NCBI GenBank assembly: GCA_964057225.1
Contig: OZ059894.1
Span: 14,012,001 to 14,076,000 of the forward strand
From: Auanema rhodensis
Lineage: Eukaryota; Animalia; Nematoda
Length of the DNA: 64,000 nucleotides
Direction of reading: 5' to 3'
Below, piece by piece: positions 12,112 through 24,641 of the stretch. A program made the translations under genes and the position numbers. The notes below the pieces were generated by a model. That model made no database searches, was not told where the DNA came from, and worked only from the letters and a program-made list of their open reading frames with translations. Position 1 is the first letter of the stretch, and every line of letters starts with the position of its first letter.

Positions 12112-14326
12112 ATGATAAAACAACGTATAGGTGTTGGATTAATTGTGACAGCATGCTTAGCTTCAACTTTAATTTATTGGAAATCAACAGGAGATGCTTT
12201 GAACACATCGTCATCTGCACCAATAAGAGCAATTCCATTTAGTATGAGGTATTTCATAAGTTTGTTCATCTTTTGTATTTCTTTTTTTTAATTTTAAGCT
12301 CAAATAATACTCCATCTTTATTCCTCTATCGAGCTTATCTATCAAGAACTGGTCAAATACGTGTTTATTCTATTAATAAATGTTTGTCACCTAATTTCAG
12401 GTAATTTATTTATATATAATAGTTATTTTTTATATTATATTATAATAGTATTATTGGCAAAATTGGAAATTTATATGTCGATTTTTGGGCTCAACCATTG
12501 GAAGGCCAATGTCCATGGCATTGGGCAGAGGAATGTGAATATAATGCATATATTCTAGAATCATCTCAAACAGTACCAACTACAAATATCACAGAGGTAC
12601 ATAAATATAAATATATTTATATTAATTATAATAAATATAATAATATTATAGATTACTTTATATAGAGGTAATAAAGAAATTGTTTTACCAATACATCATT
12701 CTGTAAGAAAATTAAAACGAGGATTAACACTATGTGTTCCACCATTATATTGGTATATAAATAATATTTTTATTATAAATTATAAATAATTAAGGTATAC
12801 TGATTGGATTAAATTGATAGCTTTTATGGAATGGTGGAAAGTTAATGGAATATCAAAAGTTATCATTTACTCACATTCAACTAATAAAGAAGTACGAACA
12901 GTATTAGATTATTATAAGAAACAGGTTCCTCTTTTTTTTTTTAATTTTTTAAGAATTTTTAAATTTCTTTTTGTAGAAAATTTTGGATTTAATTGAATGG
13001 CCAGAAATTGCTATAACTGAAAAGGAAAATCCAAATTTATCACTTTATCGTCTGGGACATTCATTAGCTCATAATGATTGTGTTCAACGTATTGATACCC
13101 AAATTGGAGCTTTAGTTGATATTGATGAAATGCTTATAATGAGGTTAATTCTATAATTTTATATAAAAATAATTTAAATTTTTTTTAGAAATAAAACTCT
13201 TGTTTCTAATATTGAAAGAATATTCAAGGAATTTCCAAGTGTTGGTTCTTTATCATTTCCTCATTCTGTTCTTAGTCTAAATCCACCTCTTTATCATCCA
13301 AGTCATCTTTTAAACTTCAAAAAAACTGATTTTCATGGATTTTCATCTGCCAAACTAGCAAAAATTAATGGACCACCAAAGGTTTTTTTTCTTTTTTTTC
13401 TCAAAGTTGGAATGAAAAACCATGCTTTGCAGACAATTTTTCGAACTAAAGCTGTAAGACGTTTGTCGACACATAAAGTTGGACAATTTGAACAAGCTCA
13501 TTGGTTTGCCCAAACCGTTAGTTTATTTTATAATTTTTTTTGTGTAAAACAAATAAAATATTATAGTTAAACGAATCAAATTCTCATCTTTTACATAATC
13601 GTTATAACTATGCTGATGGTAGAAAGATTGATGCTGTTCCAATCAATATTCTTCCTTCATCTTTATCTTCAAAGCAATTTGAAAATAAACTTATATCAGT
13701 TATGAAGACAATATTTCCAAAAGAAGCTAAATTTAATCCATTAACCCAGTATGCACTTGGAAAATGTTTAGGAAGGTACGTTATAAGCTTTATAAAAATT
13801 TTCAAACAAATGATAAACTATACAGTTTTTAAACTTTTTTTTAAAGCTTAATTTGTGGTTATTGGTTTATAAACGTAATGAGAGACGTTTCACTTAAAGT
13901 TTTTAAAAATAGTGATATTTCTCTCGATAGTTTTCTTTTTTTTTGTAAAATTTTATCGAAAAAGCTAAGTTGTAACCTGATTTAGTTATTCTAAACTATA
14001 AAAAAAAGAATTTAAATGATATAACCTAATTCGTTTTAAAAAAAAAAGAAAGAAAAGTTAGCTATTGAAATGAATGAAGCATCTCATTTCGTTTTCTGTT
14101 GTTTTTTCTTCAAATTTTATAACTGTAACAGTTGAATTCTAAAAGTTTTTGAAACAATTAATGGAATGTTACTTAAAAATATTTTTTAAAAATAAAAAAT
14201 AACTTATTTAGATGGCGTTCGGATGGATGTAAGACACCTTTGACAAGCTGTCGTGATGAGATGATGAAGATGGAAGTTTGGACATTCCCAGATCAATCAC
14301 CATCAGATACTTATAGAATAATCTAA
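12112..14326 (+). CDS. Glycosyltransferase family 92 (DUF23) type II membrane protein
   Basis: N-terminal TM (IGVGLIVTACLASTLIYW); EGQCPWHWAEEC; LTLCVPPLYWYTDW; FMEWWKVNG; LAHNDC...ALVDIDE (DxD-like); GPPK; C-terminal GCKTPLTSC; ends YRII-TAA. Confidence 0.85.
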
Positions 14327-17266
14327 TTGTTTCCACTTATAGCCAACCGTAAGACATTTATTTGAAATCAATTATCATTATTTCTTATATTTGTCTTTTG
14401 TTTGTTTTTTGTTTTTTTTTTACTTTTGGAAGAAAAAAAACATAATTATTACTAGTTATATCTTGATATCTATTATGTTGTCTGGATATAATAGTCAAAT
14501 CTCTTTTTCTCGTTTTTTTTCTTCCAATTTGCAAATTTGCATCTTCTCCTCCTCCTCCTCCTCTTCTTTTTCGATTTATTACTTACTACCCTCATCGCTT
14601 TTTCTTTTTTCTTTTTTTCGCAACTTCTTGCTCGTACTACTTCTTCAATCTCCACCCATTTTTTGGATTTGAAAACGTTTTCTTTGCACACACACACACA
14701 CGCAAATACATAATACATACACACTCATGCATGCATATACTCTCATCAGTATGTGGCATAGTTAGCAGAAAAAACTATTTATATCTTAAATTTTCTTTAA
14801 ACATTTTTTATCTTTCAATTTAACAATCATTTTACCTTTTATATAATATCTCCCTCTCTCTCTATCTCTCTCTCAGCTTTAATACTGGTGCTACTAATTT
14901 GACAAAAATCTTTTTTTTTGTTCATTCAGTTGTGATGTATCTGTTTCTCCATCTGTATTTATTAATAATTGCATAATTATATATTATAATAAGCAATTTT
15001 GTGTCCTTTTTCTTTCAATTTTTATCTGAAAAATAAATTTTTTTTATTTTCATTTTCTATTCAAAATTTTTAAATTAAATTTTGTATAATTATACATAAA
15101 ACAAACGATGTTTTAGAAGAATAATTCATGTGGAAATACTCAAATCTTCTCATGACGTTTGGTCAATTTTTCTTTTTTTTTTCTTTTTCACTCTTATTTT
15201 CGCTTTAATAGCCAATGTTTTGAAGTATGTTTTCAATTTTTCCGATAGGGAACTTACATATCTTCGGAAGTAGTTGATAAGCATAGTATAATATAAGATT
15301 TACTACTTCATACAACATGGATAGAATTGAGTTTGTAATGAAAAACAAATTTTTTTTTGCAGCAGCAACCTTCTCGTTTCCCATAAATGAGGTAATTCAC
15401 TCTTATGTTTTGTCGTTTTTCTTAAAATTCATTTTTCATAAAAGAATACCTGTCTTATAGCTTTATCTACAAGACATTTGTTTTTTTATAAATCAAACTA
15501 AAAGTATTATTACATCAATATTTTGAAATTAATGAACTTCTTCTCCTTTAAATTCTTTTTTTTTTTGATGTTTTAGCTATTGTATTTGAATTATTTTAAA
15601 CAGAAGATCCAGTTTAAATTTGATCTTATATAAGCCAATGTAAACCTGGTTCTATTAAAAATAATTTTTTTTCATAATTTAGTTTAATTTTCTTTGAAAA
15701 CTAAAGATGAAATAACTGAAAAAAAATTTTTCATTCTATATCTCATCATCATCTCAGGATATTGCATAAAGCTTGATATATTCGTTGTCATATTGAGACA
15801 TACATGATGTCTACATGAAATGAAAGAGAAAATAAAATGAAGATAGTCGGAAAGGAAAAGTGAAAAGAGTAAAAACTAACGAAAAAGCCGTTGATCTTCC
15901 AACCTTATCCTCGATCTCAGCTTATTTCACACGTTAAAATTTACAAAATGAACGAAAAGTCGGCAATTTTATGAGATGAGATGATGCGATAAGTTTTCTT
16001 TGGCATGTTGTTCAGGCCATATAAGCATCGTGAGATGGTTGTTAATCGTATCATGTGTTTCTTCTACCTCACCCATCATCATCCAGCTTTTATCTATACA
16101 ATAATATAATAATATTTATAAATATAAAAGATGTATTTGAACATTCAAAAATCATGTGAATATGCCACCTCATCGTTTTACTGGAAGATGTTGTATGATA
16201 TTGCGAATTCTATTAAATCTTCTTTCATATTATATTTTCAATGATTCAACAAATTTTTTTTCAAACTCATCATTTTGCTGTTGACTATAACTGAATTAAC
16301 GACAATGAAATAGTCTTGTTAAACGTTTAGCAATCTTTATTGTTTATCTAATATTTACCTCTTCTTCTTCTTCTTTTTCTTATTTTATATTTGAAATCTT
16401 CACTCATTCAATATATTTTTTTTAATTAACTTAAACTAAGAAAATTATTTATTTAACTATATATTATATATTATACATTATACATTATATATTATATATT
16501 TATATTTATATATATACATTATATTTTATTTTATTTTGAAATATTTTTCTTAAAAAAAAAAAAAAAATTTCTATCACATGTTAACCATTCAGTTTTAGGT
16601 TATTTTTACTACGATCTTTTAATCATAACCAAATATATAAGAAATGTGATTGTTCACATTCTTCATTTGCTCAAGGTTTTAGAAAGTGTCTTTCTTCCTT
16701 TTTTTTAAAGGTTTTCACTACCTTTATAAGGATTTTTTCTATCTTGATTCATGGATTATTCATGTATAGCCTTCAAACTATGACCTTATACATATCTTTA
16801 GAATCATAATTGCCAATTTTGATTGAATATAGAAACTGTAAATACATCTTATATTTAGAAAAAAACGATAAAACTTCAACTTTTTCTTAAATTGTTTTCT
16901 AGATTGTTTCAAAGCTCAGAAATTTAACCTGTTCATTCAATATATATATATATTTGAAATCATTTAGAAACAATGAAATGCTCAGATTATACTATTTTTT
17001 TATAAATCTTAGACTATATACTATAGAAGTGTATTTTTTAAATTCTTTTAATCCTTATATACTATCATAATTTGCAAAATGACATTTTTCGGACATTAGA
17101 TAGCAGGCTCTAACTTGTTATCCAACAAACGATTACCTCTTCTTGTTTCAAAAGTCTAGTCTCTTAGCTGGTAGCCAGATGACAATGTTTCCAGTTTTCA
17201 AAATCAAATGTATAATCTAGTTGTATTCGAGAAGTAAAATAAGTAATGACGAATGAAGTGTAAAAA

Positions 17267-17269
<3 letters not shown>

Positions 17270-17330
<61 letters not shown>
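17270..17330. repeat. (GA)n microsatellite
   Basis: About 30 perfect GA units followed by a purine-rich tail. Confidence 0.95.
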
Positions 17331-17333
<3 letters not shown>

Positions 17334-17941
17334 GGGGAGGGAGGAATGAGGGAAGTTCAACCTATTATATTATCTGTTAATAGAAATAACATGTACAATT
17401 TAACTATGTTTATATGAAATATTCTTAAATAAGCAATGTTATAACAATAAAATTGTTTAACATTCACATTAATTCAATAAAAATTATATAAATATGAATC
17501 GTCCTAAATATCTTTTTATCATTTAAAAAAAAAACTTTCATTAGATTTGATATTATTTAATTTTCTAATTCTATACGTATAATAAACAAACTTTTATATA
17601 ATTAATGAGTTTCTAATCATATGACGACGATTGTCAGACAATGTTTCTCCTCAATATTTGATTTGCAGCCAAATTCAACAGCATTCTGACAGGCAAATGT
17701 AAACTTCTCGATTCTTGGATCATTTCCTACTATTTCTTACTTTTTTTCCATCTGATTCTTAAAAATAGAAACAAAGGAATTGTTTTCATGTTTTTATATT
17801 ATATAATTATAATACGTTATAATATGAATTGAAATGAAACAAATATATTCCAAATTATTTCAAAAGTAATGGTTTAGACTGTCTAGTTCATGTATGGCTT
17901 AGCTTATAATCATATAGGATAGGATAACTAACAATAAAAAA

Positions 17942-17944
<3 letters not shown>

Positions 17945-17974
<30 letters not shown>
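17945..17974. repeat. (CT)n microsatellite
   Basis: About 15 CT units. Confidence 0.9.
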
Positions 17975-17976
<2 letters not shown>

Positions 17977-18803
17977 ACCCACCAGACACATTCTCATTCA
18001 TACAGTTATTCTCATCCTTTTCACAGCATCATGTTCATCCTATCCATTTAATTTACCTCCTGTCAACCAGCTCCGGAATCGGCGAGATCATCGATAACAC
18101 AACGAATCCAGATATTTTCCTATGATCCAACTACCACCGGAATTATTTCATCTCATATCCACCTGTTACTGATAGAAAGCTTTCACACTCTCATGATTAC
18201 TTCTAATACAAATGTGAAATAAGGTTTATAAGCTTAATAGAATCTATTCTAAACATATTACTTTCAGTATAAACCAAATATAGTTAATAAAACATTTAAC
18301 TATTTGTTATTTTTAGAAAATATGCCTTATAAGTCAAATATGTCTTGTATCACAATTTCTATCGTCATGCTCCCAACAGGCTCATATTCTGTTTATTTTA
18401 AATAAAAAGAATAATTAGCATAATTTTATATATTTTTCAAATAAACAACTATTTATGAAATCCCATTTTCTTTCTCTTCCTTTTTCAAATTACTGATAAA
18501 ATTGTTTTTTTATCGAACAATAAAAACGATTTTCTTTCATTTTTTAAGCTATTTGATGATGTTTCCTTTTTTTAAAATAATTTGTTTGTTAACAAACAAA
18601 TTTATATATATACGTATAAAACTATAATAAATATCTCTTTGCTTTTCTTCAACGAAATGCTTACACATCATATACAACAATCACTTTGTACTCATCTATC
18701 TATATTTAGATTTCAATCGTATATTTCAAAAAGTTATCTTCTTATATAAATATAATATTCAAATATATTTAAAATCTTTTTATTTATTTATTGTTTATTA
18801 AGA

Positions 18804-21060
18804 ATGCGGATATGGATATTTGTGACGTTGGCTGTTTCTAGCTCTTTAGCAAATCTAACTTATGAAGGGTTCGTCTCTTAAATTTTATTTCTATCTCTCT
18901 TGTTTATTTTATTTTTTTAGTCATAAAATAATTCGTGTTATACCAAAAATTGAAGATCATATGCGTTTTCTTAGAAGCATGGATGAAGTTTTAGGTTATG
19001 AAGTAACTGATTTTTATATTTTTCATTTATATTTATTATATCTTGTAAGGTAGATTATATAAGAAATATTCATGGTATGGGTAGACCAGGAGATATGGTT
19101 GTCAGTCCTGAAAACCTTAATGCAACTTTGAAATATTTGGCAAAAAGAGAAATACCTCACGAAGTTTTAGGTGATCATTAAACAATCAATTTCTATTTTA
19201 TTTTATTTTATTTTATTTTAAGTTCATGATTTTGAAAAAGTTGTTAAACGTGAACGTCGAGCATTACTTCAACCAAGAAATTTGAATGAACAAACTCTTC
19301 TTGAAACACGTTACTTACCATTTGATCAAGTAATATTTATCATAAAATAAATAAAACACATTTTTCTTATTACTACAATTCAAGCAAATGGAAATTTTGG
19401 GTCACATTGCTGCACAAAACCCTGATACGACACGACTTGAGCAGATCGGAGTTTCTACCGAAGGAAGACCAATCAAAGCAATCTGGGTTCGTCTTTAAAA
19501 CAACTTTTTAAAGTTTGTACTCTCATCACTTATTCAGATTGGTTACCCATCTGACAAAGTGAAACCAATCCTCTGGATTGATGCTGGAATCCATGCTCGT
19601 GAATGGATTTCTCCTGCTACCGCAATGTTTTCTATTTGGCATGTGAGTTTAATATCGAAGTAACAGTGAATGAATTTGCTAATTCAAGCTCGTTAATGAT
19701 AAAATCTATACCAACTTGTTGCGTCGTATCGATATTGTGATTTTACCTAATGTAAATCCTGATGGATATGAGTACAGCCGATTGCATGAACGTCTTTGGC
19801 GTAAGACACGGTAAGTATCATGAGTATTGCATAGGATAAATATATAACTTCTTTGATATGTTGCTGAAATTCTATTGATATTTGGTAATTATCATCTTCA
19901 TTCAGATCAAAGGAAGGTAAAGCTTTGTGCTATGGAGTTGATGCCAATCGTAATTTTCCTTTCCATTTCGGCACAGAAGGTGTAAGCAAGCAATCTTGCA
20001 GGTTAGTTAGCTTCTGTATACTTCTCACTATCTGAAATTTGCGAAAATCAACAAAACTTTTCTTAAACGTTTATTTGAATACAACTGTGTGCTTGCTCTT
20101 TCATTAAATAAATGAGTCCAAAAAGCTTACATCTCACGTTTCATCTTTTCACGTATGCTAATACTACCAATTCAAACATGCGAAGATATATAAGTTCATG
20201 CTTTCGTCTTTTTTCTAAAAAAAATAAAACAAATGGTAATAATTACCCAATATTTTATTTATTTAGAGAAATATATTGTGGCCAACATGCTTTGAGTGAA
20301 CCTGAAGTACGGGCAATGGTTACTGCTATGCAAAAATACAAATCACGAATTGGAGGGTAATTGAATAGAAAATTTAAGAATTGTCAGTTCAATATAATAT
20401 TTCAGATATATAACTCTTCATTCTTATGGACAAGATATTCTATATCCATGGGGACATACAGTTAACCAATATCCAGCTGATGTTCAAGATCTTGTTAGTA
20501 TATAGTTTGTTTCGTACTTGTAATCACATTGAATTTTAGATTGCTATGGGCAACCTAATGGCTGCTGCTATACGAGGAGTAAATGGAACTGTATATACTG
20601 TTGCTAACAGTGCTGGAGGATTATGTATAACTATTGTAAACATGATCTCTTTAGTGATATACTGATTACAGATCCTGCTTCTGGAGCCTCGGATGATTGG
20701 GCTAAAAGTATTGGAATCAAATATTCGTATACGATTGAGCTTTCTCCTAGAACATCATAGTAATAGTTTCTAAATACTAGTTAGACGTAACAATTGGAAA
20801 TTTCAGTTACGGATTTGAACTACCTGATTCATTTATCGCTGGCGTAGGAAAGGAAACATTAAGAGGCATGATGGAACTTGCTAAAGCTCTTGTCAAGCGA
20901 TCTAAACCCACTAGTACCGAGGTATGTTCGTGAATCATTCTTATCTTAACTAACAATATACAACACAAACTTTAATGTGAATTTATCCTTAAAGACGATA
21001 AAGGACTCAGACACAATGAAAGGGATCACTGGAAAAAGTGTTGATCGCAACGTTTTTTAG
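18804..21060 (+). CDS. Secreted zinc carboxypeptidase M14A (pro-domain plus catalytic domain), carboxypeptidase B-like
   Basis: Signal MRIWIFVTLAVSSSLA; IDAGIHAREWISPAT (Zn His/Glu); NPDGYEYS; LWRKTR; GVDANRNF; SEPE; ITLHSYGQ; YPASGASDDWA; YTIELSP. The 3' end is uncertain: TGA at 20933 if the last intron is not used. Confidence 0.9.
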
Positions 21061-21949
21061 AATTTCCGGTCAAAACTCAATGATGGTGAAACAAGACAGA
21101 AACTGCGAAGTCAGGGGCGTCAGGGCTAAAAACGATTCGAATTTTGCTATTTTTCATCATCGCACTTCAGTCAGACTATGTAGAGTTTCAATTTGTGTTG
21201 TCTATATCTGTATGTTAAAACGTTTTTTGTATTTATAGTTAATTTCCGAGTGATCTTCTTATATGTATTATAATTATTTTTAATAAAAACTTTACATAAA
21301 CCGTCTTTTGATTACATTTCGTATTAAAATTTTCTTGAAAGTAACAAATGCTGTTGAATTTCTGATGTCATAAGAAAACCGTCAAAAAAAACTGTAACGC
21401 TCTTGCCAATTCTTTCGGAGGTAAATAAAATTTTCCTAGGTATTTAGTCAAAAAACTTGTTTAATAAAAAGCAAAACTTGTAGATTAGCTTCTATTTACA
21501 AATTGACTTTCCTCTTCTAACTTCCAGTATTCCTAAGAACTAATTATCTGTTCAAGTAACTTGGAAGGGAAGCTTGATAAGAATATTTTTGTAAAGCTCA
21601 AAACTCAAAACCAGTAAAAGGATAATTCTTTATTCTTCAATGTACATCTCCAGCATTATTAGTAATTTTTCACATAACCTATGACAACTGATTCCACTAA
21701 TATGGCTTATTTCACTATTTTTAAAAAATATTCATCGCTTTCTCATAATGTTAATGTCAGATTATTATAATTAATGCGTTAGGTCCAAAAATTAGTTCGT
21801 GGATATATCAACATAAAAGCTTATTTGACAGTAAAACCTGATCTGCACAAATTGGTATCATGACACCAGCTAATTATAAAAATTAGATTTATACAATGAT
21901 TAGGAGAAGGCTATTACAATAAACTACTACATATAATAATAAATCTTTA

Positions 21950-24388
21950 TTAACTATGTGCATGCGAAGTATAAACCAGGGACCTCGGTTTTAAAGATTT
22001 TCCTGACGATTCTTTGAACGGAGCGTTCTTCTGCCAGAAATCCTCTAGTCGTTTTCTACAACTCTGAAACGAATAAATATTCAACTTTTCTAACTGATTC
22101 TATTGACCTTTGAAGGAGTGTTAATAGGTGTTCCTGTTTTGGGAGTCCCCCGTAAATCTCTCATAAACTTTTCCAAAGCAAAGTTCGGCAAATTCTCAGT
22201 AGGATACCTTTGAATTTTTAATAAAAAACAATTTTTTTATAGAATAGCATACTTTGCTTTAAAAATATTCCTCTTTCTTCTATTTGGAATTTTTCGGCAT
22301 TGAGGAGTAACAGCTTCCTGGTTTGTCAACTCAAATAATGGAACAGGAGAAGAATATCTAAATTAGCATAAAGCTTGGCAAGAACATCATAGAACTTACT
22401 TCATTCTCTTTGCTCGAGGAGATTTAACTGGCGTTTTCACTGGTGTTTTTACAGGGGTTTTCACTGGAGTTCTTACAGGAGTTCTCACTGGGGTTTTAAC
22501 AGGAGATTTCATCGAATTGGCTTGGTTATAAATATCTTTACTCTTCACAGGAGTCCCAATCATTTTTCTAGGGGATGTATAAGAACGTGTTATAGGCCTA
22601 TCGTGCAAGGTGATATTCTCATACAGAGGGAACTCATTTCGTAAATTTTGCTCTTCTTTTTCGCTCTCAATTTTTCTATGAGACCAAATACGAATACAGT
22701 TTTCATCCATTGTAGCAATGTTACTAGAATACAAATTACTTTTTGTGGGAAATAGAAGCTTGAACGTACTTTCCTCCACAACTCCATGAAACCGAAGTGA
22801 CTTCTGTTGCATGTCCAGACAGTGAATGTGTCATTGGATGTTCAACGGCATAAGATTGAGGAGTTATTGAACCATTGTAACAATGGAAATCCTAAGCTTA
22901 ATCATTAAAAAACAAAACAAAAAATATTATCAAAACCTGTAAGGACCAAAGCACTGCTTTATCACTGGTAGTTCCACATAACACATGATCAGAAACAGGA
23001 GAAGCGCATAACTAAAATCAAATATTAAATATTGAAAAGGGAAAGAAGAAAAACCATTATATCATAAGTACCCAGTGAAGCACCTTTCAATGCACGAACT
23101 TCAAAAATAATATTAGGAATGCATAACGTTGAAACAACTTGCCTGGTTCAACATTACTTGTATTTACAGCATATTCATATACAATATTGTTAGTTACAGC
23201 AGCAAACAAAGACGAACCATATCTATCAAGAGTTAAACTACAAATTCCTAAAAAAATTACAATACATTGTTGTCACATGAATTTTTACAACTTACCAACT
23301 TGACGCTTAGAGGGATGACAAGTAGGAACGTTTAAAGTTCTTAAAAGATGACCTTCATCATTAACAGGCATTTTTCTGGTGTCCCAGACACGTAAACCAC
23401 TAAATTAACAGATCAAGAAGTTAATTAAAGAAGACAAAACTAAAAATTGAAAATGAGAATAGAACTAACCTCTTTGAAAAATCAGACCCGGACACAATTT
23501 CGTAATCATTCAGATATAAAACGCTCACAACTTTCGGCGGATCAACTTTTGGTCGTGTTTTTCTTTGTATTGTAGGGAAAACTAAAATTAGATCTCTTTA
23601 TATTGACATTATATATTTGAAAGAAATACCTTTCAATAAATGACAATTAGAGAACGTCTTCACTGATCGGGTATACATGAGCCCACTTCTTTTTTCTTTA
23701 TTAGTACTTTTCATTCTGGTATCCCAAATACGGATTTGTCCATCTCTTCCACCAGTTGCAAACACGTCTTTAATACGGATTTATTACAGTATGCCAGTGG
23801 TCACATACTTGAACTATCAGGGGCAAATGCAGCTGATCGTACAGTTGCGTCATGGCCAGAAAACAGAGTAACTTTAGGTTGACGGTAATTGACATCCCAA
23901 AGCCTGAAGATTAAATATTACACATAAAATGAAACATGGAATATACCTAATATTTGAATCACCAGAAACTGACAAAACTTGACCGGGAACACCAGGAACA
24001 CCATTTATATCCATTACTACTCCTTTGTGAGCAAGAAAGCCTAAAGATAGGCATGACCAGAAAAAAAGAAGAAATAATTACTGTGGAGCAAAGATCCTTC
24101 AACATCAACTGACGGATCTTCATTGCAGGATGAAACATCGAATAAAGCTATCGAACCATTATTTCCTCCCAAATATAATAAACTATCAGAATTTACACAA
24201 AATTTGCAGACGACCCAGTCGTCCTGAAAAAAAATTATGTAGATGAGAACAATTTCAAGGATAACTGATAAACATACAGTGTCTCCATCACAATTTGGAA
24301 TTGTTATAGTTCCTTTAGAACTGAAAGAATTGATGAAACTATCCGGCGCCCTATGACGAACACTCGGTTTGGAAAACCATGTATTCAT
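21950..24388 (-). CDS. cdt-2: CDT2/DTL WD40 substrate receptor of the CRL4 ubiquitin ligase
   Basis: FLAHKGVVMDINGVPG...VSGDSNIRLWD...FSGHARTVRSAAFAPD...VFATGGRDGQIRIWDTR WD40 repeats of the DTL type, followed by a basic S/TP-rich tail and YPTENLPNF. Confidence 0.85.
22414..22509 (-). repeat. Coding 12-bp tandem repeat encoding (S/T)PV(K/R) in cdt-2
   Basis: Translates to KSPVKTPVRTPVRTPVKTPVKTPVKTPVKSPR; the DNA units differ mainly at synonymous positions. Confidence 0.9.
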
Positions 24389-24641
24389 TTCTTTCTGAAT
24401 TGTAACACATTTCTAATTTGAATAAAATGGATAAAACTAATGGAAAGTGAGATATTTTAGTGATTAGCATAAACTTTTTAAAACTTTTTATTATCCGCCA
24501 ATAAGTTGTAGAAAGTATACTGTATCAACTATACTAACATTAGAGCGCAGTTCTATGCTATTCGATATGATATTAATATAGCCCTGTTGATATATAGTCT
24601 TCCTCATATTGTTGTAAGCCTAAGTTATTACCTTGTTAAAA

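Noticed and set aside
17631-17692. TGTCAG...CTGACA stem with an inner hairpin
   Set aside because: Large asymmetric loop; no Y/sbRNA or snoRNA motifs recognised, and it is compatible with chance.
19855-19876. TGATATGTTG match to the miR-90/miR-50 family
   Set aside because: Pairing has a large asymmetric bulge and is too short for a pre-miRNA.
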